Below are positions 11,601-33,060 of a stretch of 64,000 nt of DNA, piece by piece. The notes under the pieces were generated by a model, which was not told where the DNA came from, made no database searches, and was given only the letters and a program-made list of their open reading frames with translations. This DNA is from Hormiphora californensis (lineage: Eukaryota; Animalia; Ctenophora): positions 2,046,001-2,110,000 of the forward strand of contig CM035350.1 of NCBI GenBank assembly GCA_020137815.1, in the 5' to 3' direction. Each line of letters starts with the position of its first letter. The first letter of the stretch is position 1. The translations under genes and the position numbers were made by a program.

Positions 11601-14600
11601 GCAAGTTGCGTCTAAAGGCACAGTTCTCAAGAGTCAGGTCGCTCAGAGAGGACACCAAGTCAGATATACCCAAGTGCTCGGCCATTGAGCTAACCTACCC
11701 CTCAGGGGACAGCTCTATCTCAAGGATCATATCTGGGTTCAAGAAGCACCAGTTCCAATGTTTCTTCACCCGGTTTGAGGACCTCCGGCACTGATGAAAT
11801 GGCATGAGGGTGATGACAAGATCGATCAGGGTACCTGGATGTCAGATCTGATCTCCACCCAACCCTTCCTAGCTCAGGAACACCAACTTTATCTTCTCTC
11901 TGAAGTGTCTGGAATCCCTGGGGTACCAGTTCCTTGACAAACTCTTCAAGACATCTCCTAACCACAAGAAGAACTTCTTCCGCTTCCTGACCGAGAGGCT
12001 GGAGGAGATAAAGGAGGAGGGAGTAGAGAGAATCACTCAGACCATCTACAAGCTGGTCCAGGGCTTCGAGAAGGATCCCTACCTTGATCCGTGCAGTGTC
12101 TTTGAGATGTATAGTAACAAGGTGATTGTTCGAGAGTGCGACATTAAATCTCACTACCAGTACATCAAGAGAATTATTGTCACTCCCTCCCGGTTCATCT
12201 ATGTCCCTCCTGAGCCCATTGCCATCAACAGGATCCTCCGGGCTCACATTGACTTCGTCGATAACTTTGCGAGGGTTTGCTTTAGAGACGAGGATTTCTC
12301 GCAGTTCAACGTTCACTCTGATAAGGCCACTGAGAATGTCAAGGTAGTGATCAACGAGGGAATTACGATTGCGGAGGGGGTAACGTTCCGGTTTCTGGGT
12401 TGCAGTAACTCCCAACTCAGATCCCAGGGGCTGTGGTTGTTCTACCCGCAGTGCCCCCACAGCATTGAATCCATTAGGGACAAGATTGGGGATCTGTCCA
12501 CCATGAAAACCATCCAGAAGTATGTGACCCGGATGGGCCTGGCGTTTACCGCTACCGACTTTTCCCTGACTGACAAGGTTGAGGTAGAGGAGATACCTGA
12601 GAAAGAGATTGTAGTGGGGAAGAGGAGGTACATTTTTAGTGACGGAGTGGGGTGCATCTCCCCAGCGGTACAAGATCTCATCATCAGGGAGAAATACGGC
12701 TCGGAGGTGGGCGAGGCGAGACCAGTTGCATTCCAGATCAGGATGGGAGGGTGCAAGGGCATGGTGGCGGTGAACCCGGAGCTGGGGGACCGGTTGGTGG
12801 TTCAGATCAGGCCCAGTATGAAGAAGTTCTCCTCTAAGAACATGGTTTTAGAGCCGTGCGGGTACAGCGGTCCTAGAGAGCTTCACATGAACAGACAGGT
12901 GATTGCCATCCTTCGAGCTCAGGGTGTCCCAGATCAGAGCTTCATCCTTCTGCAGAACAGGAGTCTCATAGAGCTTGCTGAAATGTTAACTAACGAGCGG
13001 CTGGCCAGGACCGAGTTGGGGTCCATGTTGGGTATGAAGGTGGCCGATCTAAAGGAATGTGGGTTGAAGGTGACCACGGAACCATTCCTCCGGAGAAAGC
13101 TGGTCTCCCTATACAAGTTCAAGATCAGAGATGCCATCACCAAGACCCGGTTCCGTATTGACCACAGGTATGGCCGACAGATGAAAGGGATAATGGACGA
13201 GACAGGGACCCTCCAATATGGGGAGGTGTTTGTCCAGTACAGCGACCTAACGGACCCCACCATGGAGAGAAGACTAACCCTCCAGGGTGATGTGTTTGTC
13301 ACTAAGAACCCCTGTCTGCACCCTGGGGACCTCCAGAGAGTTATAGCACGGGATGTCCCGGAACTACGTCACCTTTATGACGTCATAGTGTTCCCCGGAC
13401 AGGGTAAGAGACCCCATCCCAATGAGCTATCTGGATCTGATCTGGACGGTGATGAGTACTTTGTGTGCTGGGAGCCCAAGTTGATGCCCACTATTTCCTG
13501 TGAGCCTGCTGAGTATTACATTGAGGAGATAGCAGAGGAGAATGGAGAGGCACCCCCGCCCCCACCAGAGATGACAGAGGAAAGGATCAACAAGTTCGTG
13601 TTCGATTACATCACCAAGGGATCCAAGCTGGGCCAGATCAGCAACGCCCATGCTATATGGGCAGATAAAATGAAAGAGGGAGTGAGGTCAGAGAGATGTA
13701 TTGGGCTGGCGAAGAAGCACAGTGATGCAGTTGACTTTATAAAAACTGGTATTGCTCCAAAGTTTGACTTTAATGAACGTAGCCTGGACTACCCTGATTG
13801 GATGCTGAAACCGGACAAGACGGCCTATCACTAGCAAGACCTGCTATTGGTCAGATGTTCCACTGTTGTAGAGGGTCTAGATCATCACATCCTGCACAGG
13901 AAGGTGGGTGATGAGAGGATAAGACCGAGTCCTCTGTTCACCCTCTACCAGCCCCCTACTGTGGAGGAGCTGGCCAGCGCTACCCGATACTACACTGAGT
14001 ACTGCACAGATCTAGCTAACATAATGTCTGCCTATGGAATAGAGGAGGAGGGAGATATAGCTGCGGGATACCTCAACTCCATCAAGATGAGTCTGGCGAA
14101 GGAGCACGAGAGGAACTATGACATGAGGGAACAGTGTTTGGCGATGTTCCGAGCTCTCCAGAAGAAGACAAGACGGGCATTCTTCCACCACGCCGGGATT
14201 TCCAACCTGTGCTGGAGAGAGAAGGAGGACAAGGTATTGAGACAGGCAGCAGCGTGGTACTGGGTGGCTTATAATGACCCCCCTCTTCACCAGGGATACA
14301 GTCTCCTCTCATTCCCGTGGTGTGTCACTGAGGTACTGATAGCCATTCCAGAGGTGATGGGAACCAAGAGGGAGGACAACTGTGTGGCGGCCGTGCTACA
14401 AGATAACGTGATTGAGTGGTACCAGTCCGCCCTGAGACAGGGTGAGCTTCTAGAGGACACCCTCAGGGACACAATTAATGAGGTCCTACACCACAGCAAG
14501 GGAAAGATCAGGGATGCCAGTAGGGGGAAGTATGGGCTCATTCCTTCCAGGAACATTCTCCTGTTCACAGAGGAGAAGGAGAAGTGTTTTGAGTGGGTGA

Positions 14601-17600
14601 AGAGGAACGAAACTAACAACTGGATAGTAAAACTGGCTAATGAGACCAAGGACCCCTCTCCTCTCATCACTGTCTCAGCAGACCACGGGTTGAGGATTTA
14701 CCTGAGTAGAGATCCACTCACCTGGACCAAAGTGGAGCTACTCAAGCAGTATAATAACAAGTATAGCAGTGTCGGGCATGCTCTGTACATGGCCATTAGT
14801 TGGGCGGGGAGAGCGGGTCTGGTGACTCCGGACAAGGAACCTGATATAGGGGTTAGTCTGGTGGAGCACATGATACAGCAGGGTCACATCAACCTGCTCC
14901 ATGAGGGAGAACAACTAGAGGAGGAGGACACCATCCCCACTGGAAAGAGACCAAGGAGGTCGACTGCTAGCTACTACATTGGGTATCTCAAGTGGGTGAT
15001 AAGGGGTCTACCCTCCGAGGAGGGGAGGACACTGGGTGAGGAGGTGCTGGCCGGGGCCAGGAAGGTTCTTAGCACGGGGAAGAGTTTGAAGTCGGCTATG
15101 AGAGAGTTACATTGCATCTCCTACACTCTCTCCTTTGATACCAGTGATACATTCCAAGCTCTGAGTCTCAGGAGAAAGAGTGAGAAGAAAAAGTGTTACA
15201 CTATCGCCAAGGCAACATCCTTCTGTAACACGTACTTTAGGGAGCCCAGCGTTGCTAAGGTGGTTGCTAAGGGCGGGAGACCAGTTGACATCAAGATAAG
15301 AGAGGCGGAGTTGGGTGGTATGAGCGCCTTGATCCTTGAAATGTGGGGTGATAACCCCCAACAGATGAATGAAGCGGCTGACTACCTACAGATTGATGAT
15401 GGGAAGTTTGAACTAAAGGGCCACTTCCTCCACATTTCCCACCCCGGCTACCACCAGCTGTGTTACATTGCACCCAGACCCGATAGATCAAAGTGTGTGG
15501 AACAGTATACCTGTGTGAGGAAGCTGGACGAGGAATCAAAGAAAGATGCCACCGTCATCCACTACATAGAACCTATCTACTACGAGCGGCACAATGACAT
15601 TAGGGGTGTGGTGGGGAGAGAGGTGGAGAGCAGAGTGAAGGCCATGCGAGATGTCCCTCTCTACAATCCTATATCACATGGCGATCTGACTCTCCGGGCC
15701 CAATTTGGCAAGCTTTGTATTCGCAAAACGGAGGGGCACCAATTTGAGAAGAAGTACATGGGAGGTTTCAAAGATTCAAAGGACCGTGATTTGATCATGA
15801 AACACTTCCTGCAGAGCGGCAAGAAGGGCAGGTCTGTAGACACTTGGACGGTGTTCGTTGTGTTTGAGGGACTGAGGTACAAGATGGTGTTCAATGAAGA
15901 CCAGAAACTCCAGAGAGTCTCGCTGGAGGAGATTCTCTGGACGGATGTGATGTTGCATAGGACAGAGGGGAGTGATCTGAACATCACCCTGACATCAACT
16001 CACACCCTAGCAATGGACAGACTCCGACACCTACCTCTCACCCACGCTACCTACACAGGGAAGGTTGGGAAGTGGTTCACAAAGACACCTGATGGGAAGC
16101 TGAGGGTGGCAGAGGAGGGGGTCCCATGCTTTATCAGCCGTGTCGAGGTGGCCTAGAGAGAGTGTTCACCAGGTCAGCAAACAGACTAGAGACTTCCCCT
16201 TCACGCTGCACGAGAGACATATGGATGTGTACATGAGGAAGGGGGCAGGCGGAATAGAGCTGGAAAAGCTCAAATCCTACACTGAAGTCTCCCTGGAAGG
16301 AACTTTATCTAGTCTGGAGAATGCAGATAAGATTGTGCAAGAACTTCGTGCAAATGTCAACCGATCTGGCAGTTAACCCCAGACAACCACCGGGCAGATC
16401 TAGGAAGTCGAGTGGTAGGGGCCGAGGGGCTGTTATAACAGCAGGGCCTAGTAATATCGGGTATACTGGGGTGGGCAGCATGGCCCTACCTCCTCTTCAC
16501 ATGCCGACCAGTCTAGAAGATGGACTTTACATGCAGGGTCTCAGGGCGGCAGTTGCAGTACCGACCATCTACCAACCAGCACCACCCGCAGTCTACCAAC
16601 CAGCACCACCCACAGTCTACCAACCAGTGCAGCAGCAACAAGAGGGGGAGGAACCTGATGTGGAGATAGTTGAGGTCCTCTCTACCACCTCTCTAACCGG
16701 GGGAGTTGATGTGATTCAGGAACAGCAGCCCACACAGCAAATACAGCCACTTTGGGCGAGGACCGACTTGATGGGATCCGCTATAGAAGAGGGAGAGGTA
16801 TTGTGGTAGAAAGACTGGGAGTGATTATTGTTTGTGTTTTTTGTTATCTTGTTAATTTGAAAAAGCAGCAATGCAACATATGTTATGTTATGAAGGGCAT
16901 GTAACTTTTTTTCTGTGAAAATGATATGTCATATTGTTTTACATATATTTTATTGTTTTGTTATGGTAAAAAAGTTGTCTTGATCAATGTCTCGAAATGA
17001 AGATTGAAGCCTACCCTGCCTCGACAGTACAACCAGTACAATGTACACTTAGTACAACTAGCACAACTAGAACAACTGGACATATGTTACTTACTGATCA
17101 AACATTGCAAATACTTCTGAGGTTGGCTGGTGGATGGTACACAGGATGGTTCTGTTAGCTTTAGCCAACTTCCCTATCAGTCTTACAATGCTCTGTGCCA
17201 TAAAGGAATCCAGACCTGGGGGAGGGGTAATGACTTGGTAACTGGGGCACTATGTCTCTGTCTCTGTCTCTGTCTCTGTCTCTGTCTCTGTCTCTGTCTC
17301 TGTCTCTGCCTCTGTCTCTGTCTCTGTCTCTGCCTCTGTCTCTGTCTCTGTCTCTGCCTCTGTCTCTGTCTCTGTCTCTGTCTCTGTCTCTGTCTCTGTC
17401 TCTGTCTCCCTCTCTCTGATCTCTCTCTGTCTCTTACCGCTCGTGGGTTCATCAATGAAGAGTAGAGGTGGGTTCATGAGAAGTTCACATGCCACGGACA
17501 GCCTCTTTCTCTCTCCTCCCGATATGCCCCTAATCAGGCCGGCAGGTGCACCACACAGTGTGTTCTCCACCTTCGTTAGACCCAACTGAAGGGATATGTA

Positions 17601-20600
17601 TCTCGTTATGGCAGTTGTTACTGACACACCGCTACAGCACTCAGTTCCTTGAATTGTTCATACTGGAAACAGGGTCAAGCGACTCAATCAGGGTCAGTTC
17701 CCGGCTGTTGACCGGATTCGGTTCCAGAACACAGAACTGCGCCGCGCGGAACATGGTTGCCGCGTTGTGCGCAGAGAATATTACACCTGTAGCACCGCGC
17801 GCTCCATACAATGTGTCCAGAGCGACTTGATAATCGGAGAGGTTCAGACAAATTTCACAGCTCAATCTGGAATGGTTGGGGCGAGACAGGCCTTTCCTTT
17901 AGGTAATAAGGGAGCCCCCAGAGTGGTCTAGGACTTGTCACTCACGCCGCCAAGTGACAAGGAGGGAGCCCAGTTTACTTACCTCATTCAGAATCTTCTT
18001 TACGATTCGTTTCTTCTCTCCATAAGGAGTGTTACTCCCCATACGCAGAATTGCCTGCAAAGAAGGGTTAGCATATATCACGTACTTATGATCCCTTACC
18101 CACTGGTGTTGAGGCATGTTAATGAGATTGCAAACAAGTCTTTTTTATCGACTGCATCATGGGACTCATAAATATGAGTCAATGACCACGTAAGCAATAA
18201 GATCTGTCAAAGAACTTCTCCCATTACGCACTCTCTGTCTCTCTGACCTCTGTATTTCTCTCTCTCTCTCTCCCTCTCTCTATCTCTCTGACCGATATAG
18301 CGAATGTATGAAACTGCAGTATAGTACATGTGAGCTCACTGTATTACTTCAGAACATTCCCTACACAGACTTTTAACACTCTCCCGCAATTAAAGATATG
18401 AACAATACGACACACACTGGTTCATGATTAGAGAGGGGAACGGGGGAGAGAGAGGGGAAACGTCAAGGCTATTCAGGGTTCATTTTCAAGGTTTTGTATG
18501 TGACCCAATTCCCCTGGATTATCTCACACACGCAGAACTCAATTTTGTCTCAACACAGTATAGTAATGTAAACAAAGCGATACTCTTGCTATTGCATATT
18601 TTCGGAGTTTAATTTCGAATCAGAAGTAATTTCGGTGAATAGATTTGTGTCTGAAATAATTCCGTTTTATGTTGATATTATTTTGAGTCAGTAGACACAA
18701 CAGTGATATGATTAATGATATGACCTCACTGTTCCTGCTGCATTGAGTAAAGACATGATTCTATTAGCACAGCAGTGGAGAAGTAACTGTTGAGTATCTG
18801 ATGAACTGATATACTAACAAGATACACTTTTTTCTTTCTTTTTTTCTCCGTGCTAAAAACACGATGTACTTAGGTCATGGCGAATTTAACAGATCCTTGA
18901 GTAGCCCCGATACAACTATACAGCTATACAGCACTGGTGTGGTTGTGTGTGTATGAGGCAATAATAGGAAGAAGCACCCCTGTATTTCCTACTATAATTA
19001 TACCCCTCTTGTTCTCTCCCCCTCACGACAATATATTTTCTCCAAACAATACAAATCTGTGTAGGTACAGCGACTGTGTGTAATACACTGTATACTATAA
19101 ATTATAATACTGCAGCAGTGAACAGCATCCTCCTTCTTCGCCTCTAGGTAGTTCCCACTTGATATTCCCTCCCCCCATTCATGCCCCTTCCCTAATTCAG
19201 GTCCCATGCTCCTTATTTCAACTCACATGGAACATTAGAACTTCCTTGACTGTCATTGTAGCAATGAAGAAGTCTTCCTGCTGGACATAAGCTGACAGAT
19301 GCATCATCTTCTTACGGGTCGCGTCAACTCCATTCATCCGAATAGAACCTGTGAGAAGATGGTAATTTAGAAGAGAGAAGATAGCAACCGTATAATAATC
19401 CAATTTATTTTGTCTCAGCTCGCTTTCTAACCGAAAGTATGCAGCTGGAGATAGTGTAATGGCAGTCTCGCTAGTACTGTTGCCACGAGATATGGCAGCA
19501 CTAAACAAACATATATCATGATCGTGTTAACCCAGTTTGACGTGAAACTGCCACCCGTCGACCACGTACATGTAGATAGATCACAAACAAGCACCATTAA
19601 ATAATTAGCTGAGAGATAATGAACAAGAGAGATATTGCATCACCTGATTCTGAGAGTGAAACGGCATTCTTTCGAGCTAGAGTGTTCAGGAGAGTCGTCT
19701 TCCCTGCTCCACTGCAAAAGAGTGGTATTTAGTGGCGCGGTATGGGGGGTAGTTTGAGGTTGGAATGACTGGTGATGTAATATGCATTTTAATTTAAATG
19801 TGACAGTAGTGACAATGCCCATAAATAGGTCCCTGTAATTTCACAGTGCGTGTCAGTGGAGTGTGTCTGTCAGTAGCTCGATATTAGATTGGTTCAACAT
19901 ACATGTGACGGGATGTGTGTGTGGCTCGGTCTACTACCCCCACCCCCATACAGGGTATATAGGGTCGGTCCTGCCCCCAAACAATTTGGAGAGAGAATCA
20001 GCCTGATTACAGTAGACATCTTTATGATAAGCAGACTGGGGAATATATTCATCTGTATTGTAATACACCCTGTGGCCTGTACCAACAAGTGAGGCATGTA
20101 ATATGTATGTTATAGTGAGAGAGATATAGGGTGTCTATTCGACTGGCCGAGGGTCCATTACAACAATTATTACTGCAGTAGCAGCTTGATATTAGCAGAA
20201 GAAGAAGGAAGTGGGTGGACCTCGTTAGTACAGCCCTGGGGCACGTGATAATACCTGGTATAGGGATTAGGGGTATGTTGTACATAAAGCCTAGTGGCCA
20301 AGTAGGGATGAGCTTCACGCGAGTATCTAACAGATCTCTCCGAAACACAAAGAAGACTTGACTCATTTGTCAATATGAATATTCATTCTACATTTTAACC
20401 GATTCCAGGCAGGATGAATAATGTAGAAGAGAGAAAATATACCATCACAGTTGCATGTGTTCAGTGTGCAGTTACAGTTTCGGTAATCAGTGTGCAATGC
20501 GTGTAGTGAGTGTATGTGCGTGTGTGTGTGTGTGTGTGTGCGTGTGTATCTATATTTACCTGGCTCCCATGATAGCCATGAAGGTTCCTGGTTTACAAAT

Positions 20601-21036
20601 TCCACTAACTGAAACAGGGTCAACATGTTAGGATGTGTTATATGTTAACTGTTCATGTGTCTATGTAACAACACTATATGGTTGGTACTTGGTTGGTTAG
20701 AGCGGTTGGTGCTATTAGCCTTGTTTGGGGCTGCCGGTGGGTAACACTATAAAGTCGCCACGGAACATCTTACCCTCACTAAGGATCTGTTTCTTCACTT
20801 TCGGTCCCTTTCTACAGCACGGCATCCCCTGTGCCCGTATCAACAGTAGCACTGACATCCAAATTCTCCCAGGATAAGGCGACGTTGGAGAAGGCCCCAA
20901 ATCGGTTCTTCTCAGTTTCACCAAGAGACATAGTGCTGAGGTCGGAATCAAGGCGCTCCAGGGGCACTGCGACATGATTTGTGGCATTGTTGTTGTTGTT
21001 GGGTAGGACGATAACTGGTGCCGGATCTTTAGCCAT
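2570..21036 (-). CDS. ABCG half-transporter, white/scarlet family (about 15 exons, several indels)
   Basis: Minus-strand exons at about 20774-21036, 20560-20608, 19644-19711 (Walker A GAS/GAGKTT across the junction), 19227-19348 (AYVQQED), 17983-18054, 17438-17585 ([19 protein letters not shown]), 17095-17215 (LDS, TIHQP), 8179-8460 ([10 protein letters not shown]), 7792-7897, 4204-4335, 3916-4008 (REYRNGMY), 3663-3720, 3239-3521 ([13 protein letters not shown]), 2912-2988, 2570-2701 (stop). GT-AG boundaries. True start uncertain. Confidence 0.92.
4803..6481. mobile_element. Non-autonomous TIR element B inserted in the satellite of element A
   Basis: TIR GGGGGGGGCCAACG...TTTTTTATAT at both ends. 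Approximate TSD GGGAAA(A)T. Subterminal TATATTTTTA repeats. It splits the 63-bp array (units at 4693-4800 and 6482-7192). Confidence 0.75.
5489..6350. mobile_element. Tc1/mariner/pogo-type MITE C inserted in element B
   Basis: TA|CAGTCGGACCCCGATTTA ... TAAATCGGGGTCCGACTG|TA. Related copy at 46862-47600. Confidence 0.88.
6482..7192. repeat. 63-bp tandem satellite (about 11 copies; each unit a dimer of about 31-bp subunits)
   Basis: Unit GGGAAATTTCTCGCTTAGAAAATACGATTCGAGAAAATTTTCTCGGTAAGAAATTGCGATTCG, containing the 16-bp palindrome CGAGAAAATTTTCTCG. Confidence 0.95.
8557..8624. repeat. (GA)n microsatellite
   Basis: Seen directly. Similar (CT)n/(GA)n tracts at about 27272-27368, 27832-27943, 42678-42813, 44356-44528, 45501-45616, 48385-48471, 53415-53614; (TCTCTG)n at 17253-17408; (TG)n at 33502-33590. 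Confidence 0.95.
8793..16809 (+). CDS. Eukaryotic RNAi-type RNA-dependent RNA polymerase (RRF/EGO-1/QDE-1 family) with long C-terminal extension; multiple indels
   Basis: Exons at about 8793-8830, 9066-9180, 9356-9500, (9569-9604?), 9682-9874 (AMFEHD), 9994-10065, then a large exon 11505-16809. Core motifs: [77 protein letters not shown] (DLDGD at 13439-13453), [11 protein letters not shown]. Confidence 0.93.
10091..11414. mobile_element. 1.3-kb foldback element with Chapaev-like (CMC) ends, inside an RdRP intron
   Basis: TIR CACGGCGTGCCTGGTGAAATTTTAACAC at both ends. 4-bp TSD ACCA (10087-10090, 11415-11418). Near-perfect internal palindrome at about 10443-11048, centred near 10745. Confidence 0.88.
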
Positions 21037-21442
21037 CCTCCTACCTTGAAAAGAAGTTCTGTGTTATTGTGGTGATCACTTTCCATGGACATTTTACACT
21101 GGTGGACCGTGCATATCCGTGAATTTCCATCATTCGAGAGTCGAGACGAGTCCCCCCGGATCTCCCTCTCCTACGCTATAAGTGATAGATGCTTCGTGCC
21201 ACTTAGTGGGCATCAGTTGGCATATGCTACAGACTTCTGTAAGAACTAAGAGATAAGGCAGCGCTTTTCAAGTGGATGTTGACTTTTTGTCCAAGATTTT
21301 AATTTTTAAATTTTTTCGGGCGCGATTATAATCTGGGTGCCTTGCAGCGTGTTTACAGGTGCGCGCTGCCAAAAAAGTACACCTAAAACCACTTAGACCG
21401 ACTTTTTTCAAACGGCTATAGCCACGCAACCACATGGCCAAT

Positions 21443-23270
21443 TAATAATAATAATCAATACATTTAATATACCGCTTAATAGTGTTAAAAATAAATGGTT
21501 CACTACCGGGGTAAACGGATAAACGTTATACCATTTACCACTTTCTAAAGCGGTAGTTGCCTACCCAAAAGAAGAATGTTGTAGAACAGACTCCCCTCAG
21601 ATAGGAACTATATGCCAGTAGATAAGTGTGTGCATTGGCCATTGAGTTTAAAAAATATTTAATAAGAGAATAATTAATTAATTAATTTCATATGAGTAAA
21701 TACTGTTAATTAATAGTTTAATCAAGATAAAATCAGAGTTATATTGTACAGGTGATCAGATTAATTTAAAATAAGTCAGATAAGATTTACAGTTGGTATA
21801 AAAATAAATTATAAAAATAAACTATGTTGTGTATAAAAAAAACAGCCCGTAAAAAACTAGAAAAGGTAAAAAAAAATTACGTCAGGATAAAGTAAATTAC
21901 TGAAGATGCTAACAGATGGGTGAGTGAAGTGAACGATGGAGACTAATATATACTGTGCTATCTAATTGTAGACTTTATCGAAAAGGTGGGTCTTTAATCG
22001 CTTTTTAAACACTTCAGTAGAATCTGACTCTCGGATATCTCTAGGGAGGCTATTCCATAGTTTAGGAGCACAAATGCTAAATGCCTTAGTGGTGGATGAA
22101 TACTTATGCCTGTGTGATATCTGAAGAAGTGTAGAGTCACTGTTGGCTCGAAGGGTCTTTGTCTTAGGCGTTCGAAGAGGAATGAGGTCACTGATGTAGC
22201 CTGGAGCGAGGTCATTGATGCCTTTATAGGCCATGAGGCAAATCTTGAAGTGAATTCTGGATTTTATAGGCAAGAAGTGAAGATCTTTTCTCATCTGGGT
22301 TACTCCTCTGTGCTTCCGAGTTCCATAGATAAATCTCACAGCGCTGTTCTGGATCTTCTGCAGCCTGGAGATGTCTCGCTCAGTTATACCAAACAATAGA
22401 GCATTCCCGTAATCTAAACGAGAGTGAATCAAGGTGTGAACCAGCTTAATCTTCAGCTTTTTAGGTAACTTCTTAGCTATTCTCCAAAGGTTCAGTAACT
22501 GGATGTTACAGGCCTGAACTACCTTTGAGATATGGCTCGACATCGAGAGAAGTGGATCAAAATAAATTCCGAGGTTTCTTGCTGAGAAAGTGCACTTGAT
22601 TCCCGTTTCAGTCGTGGTAGCTACAGGATCCTCATTAGGCTCGAGTATAATTGAAACAGGATTTGTTGATTTATCTGCCTTGTTGTTCAGAATGAGTACC
22701 TCCGTTTTTCCGGCGTTCAGCTTGAGGTAGTTCAATCTCATCCACAACTTGATGTCCTTTATGCAGTTCTGGAGTGTGGCAACGACTGTATTGAAACTGT
22801 TAGGTGTGAAGCTCGTATATATTTGAGTATCATCGGCAAAGAGATGAATATTGAGCCCGTGCTTTTCAGCGATCTTCTGTAGTTCTCTCGTATACATGAT
22901 GAAGAGGATGGGGCCAAGTATACTTCCCTGAGGCACTCCTATTTCTACATCGATAGACTCTGACCTGCAGTTTCCAATCTGAACCGAAGTAGACCTACCT
23001 CGTAGATATGAGCCGAACCAAGCTAGTACACTGCCTCTGATTCTGTACTGACTCTCGAGCTTGCGAAGCAGTGCAGCATGTGAGACCGTGTCGAACGCAG
23101 CGCTGAGGTCGAGTAGGAGCAAGATGACTTTGGACTTCTTGTCGAGAAGTAGGGCGACATCATTCAGAATCTTGATGGTGGCGGTTTCGCAGCTGTGAAA
23201 CTTCCGATAGGCGGATTGGACTCCAGACAAGAGTTTGTTCTTCTCCAGGTACTCAGTCAGTTGAATTTGA
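21443..23270 (-). mobile_element. 5'-truncated L2/CR1-group LINE (RT ORF 21962-23230)
   Basis: SAYRKFHSCETA, LLDLSAAFDTV, GVPQGSILGP, LFADDTQ, SRLDYGN, FKKRLKTHLF. L2-like 3' end AAGCGGTATATTAAATG...(ATT)n at about 21443-21478. Confidence 0.9.
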
Positions 23271-23599
23271 GTAAACTAAACGGTAACTGATAGAGAATCG
23301 ATAGCCCTAACCGATAACCCCAAACCAAACCCTAACCCGACCCTAACGGATAGCCCTGACCCGTCGCGCGCGCTAAAATCGATGAATTGTTAGCAATGCA
23401 AGGCACCCAGATTTTTGGCATACGTTGCAGGCCCCTTATATACTCCATTTTTTTTCAACTGTTCACCCCCCAAAGTCGTGCGCGGAATTGTTTTGCGCGT
23501 TTATCACATGTTAACGTGTAGAGCGCGCAGCGTAAATTAAAATATCGCACGCGCACGAGTTGGAGGGTGAACAGTTGAATAAAAATGGACTTTAATATA

Positions 23600-23821
23600 A
23601 AGTCGGATTTTTTGAAACTGTCACCCCCCTGAAATAACAAAATTTGCCATATCTCCGGTTCCTGATAAGATAGAGACTTGAAATTTGGAGGTTCGGAAGA
23701 ACTTAGCAAGATCTTCGTAACCTCCAAATTTCAAGTCTCTATCTCGTCAGGAACCGGATTTATGGTCATTTACGAAATTTGAAAATACCCAGGGGGGTGA
23801 CAGTTTCAAAAAATCCGACTT
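23600..23821. mobile_element. Small palindromic MITE (TIR AAGTCGGATTTTTTGAAACTGTCACCCCC)
   Basis: TIRs flanked by TA, with an internal hairpin. Same TIR at 32545-32695. Diverged relative adjacent at about 23440-23594. Confidence 0.8.
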
Positions 23822-24353
23822 TAATATATGCGGGGGTGCGCGCATGAGGGGGCTGCAGCGCATTCCAACCCAGATTTTAACGTTTTCCAATTTTTTCCGT
23901 CAAGTCATTTTATTTTTAAAACTCGCAAATAAATAATAACGCGCCGCGGCCGCTTTTTAAAATTTGCGCCGCGCGGCGCGATATTGATTCTCAGATTTCC
24001 AAATAAAAAGTTTAAAAAGTTCAAAAAGTTCAAAACGCTCAAACAGCCAAAAAAATCTCTCGTTTTCGTACCGAAACGCACTGGCCATGCATACGGTGCA
24101 GCCCCCTCATGGCACATAGGCTTAGGAGGGGCTTACTACGTATGTAAACGTTCTGACTTAACTGCTGGCACGTGTTGCAGTTCTATAGCAACGATTTTTA
24201 ACACTCTGGAGGGTGAATACTTCACTCATGAACGATTTACTAGAGATAAAATTGACCCAAATTTAGGCATTTTCGTGCTAACAGCGTATCTGCGATGATA
24301 AATCTTAATATCCGATAGGGGTGCAGTAGGTAGGATGCTGGGAACTTGAGAAA

Positions 24354-33060
<8,707 letters not shown>

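Noticed and set aside
11720-12673. 317-aa antisense ORF and other shadow ORFs opposite RdRP, LINE, WDR60, CLHC1 and gag
   Set aside because: Antisense shadows of real coding sequence, with no motifs.
12107-13834. Endogenous viral RdRP
   Set aside because: The motifs are of the cellular DxDGD double-psi-barrel family, not the viral palm GDD type, and the gene has spliceosomal introns.
13829-13880. Stop-codon readthrough (TAG CAA) joining the in-frame ORFs 12107-13834 and 13847-16156
   Set aside because: The expected RdRP motif (Y-x-S-K-T-A-I-G-Q-M-F) is present but split over the two other frames. Three +1 insertions explain the in-frame stop better than readthrough.
17130-17465. CL/RQ/ET and SL/ER dipeptide-repeat ORFs here and at the other microsatellites
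   Set aside because: Translations of simple repeats in introns or intergenic DNA.
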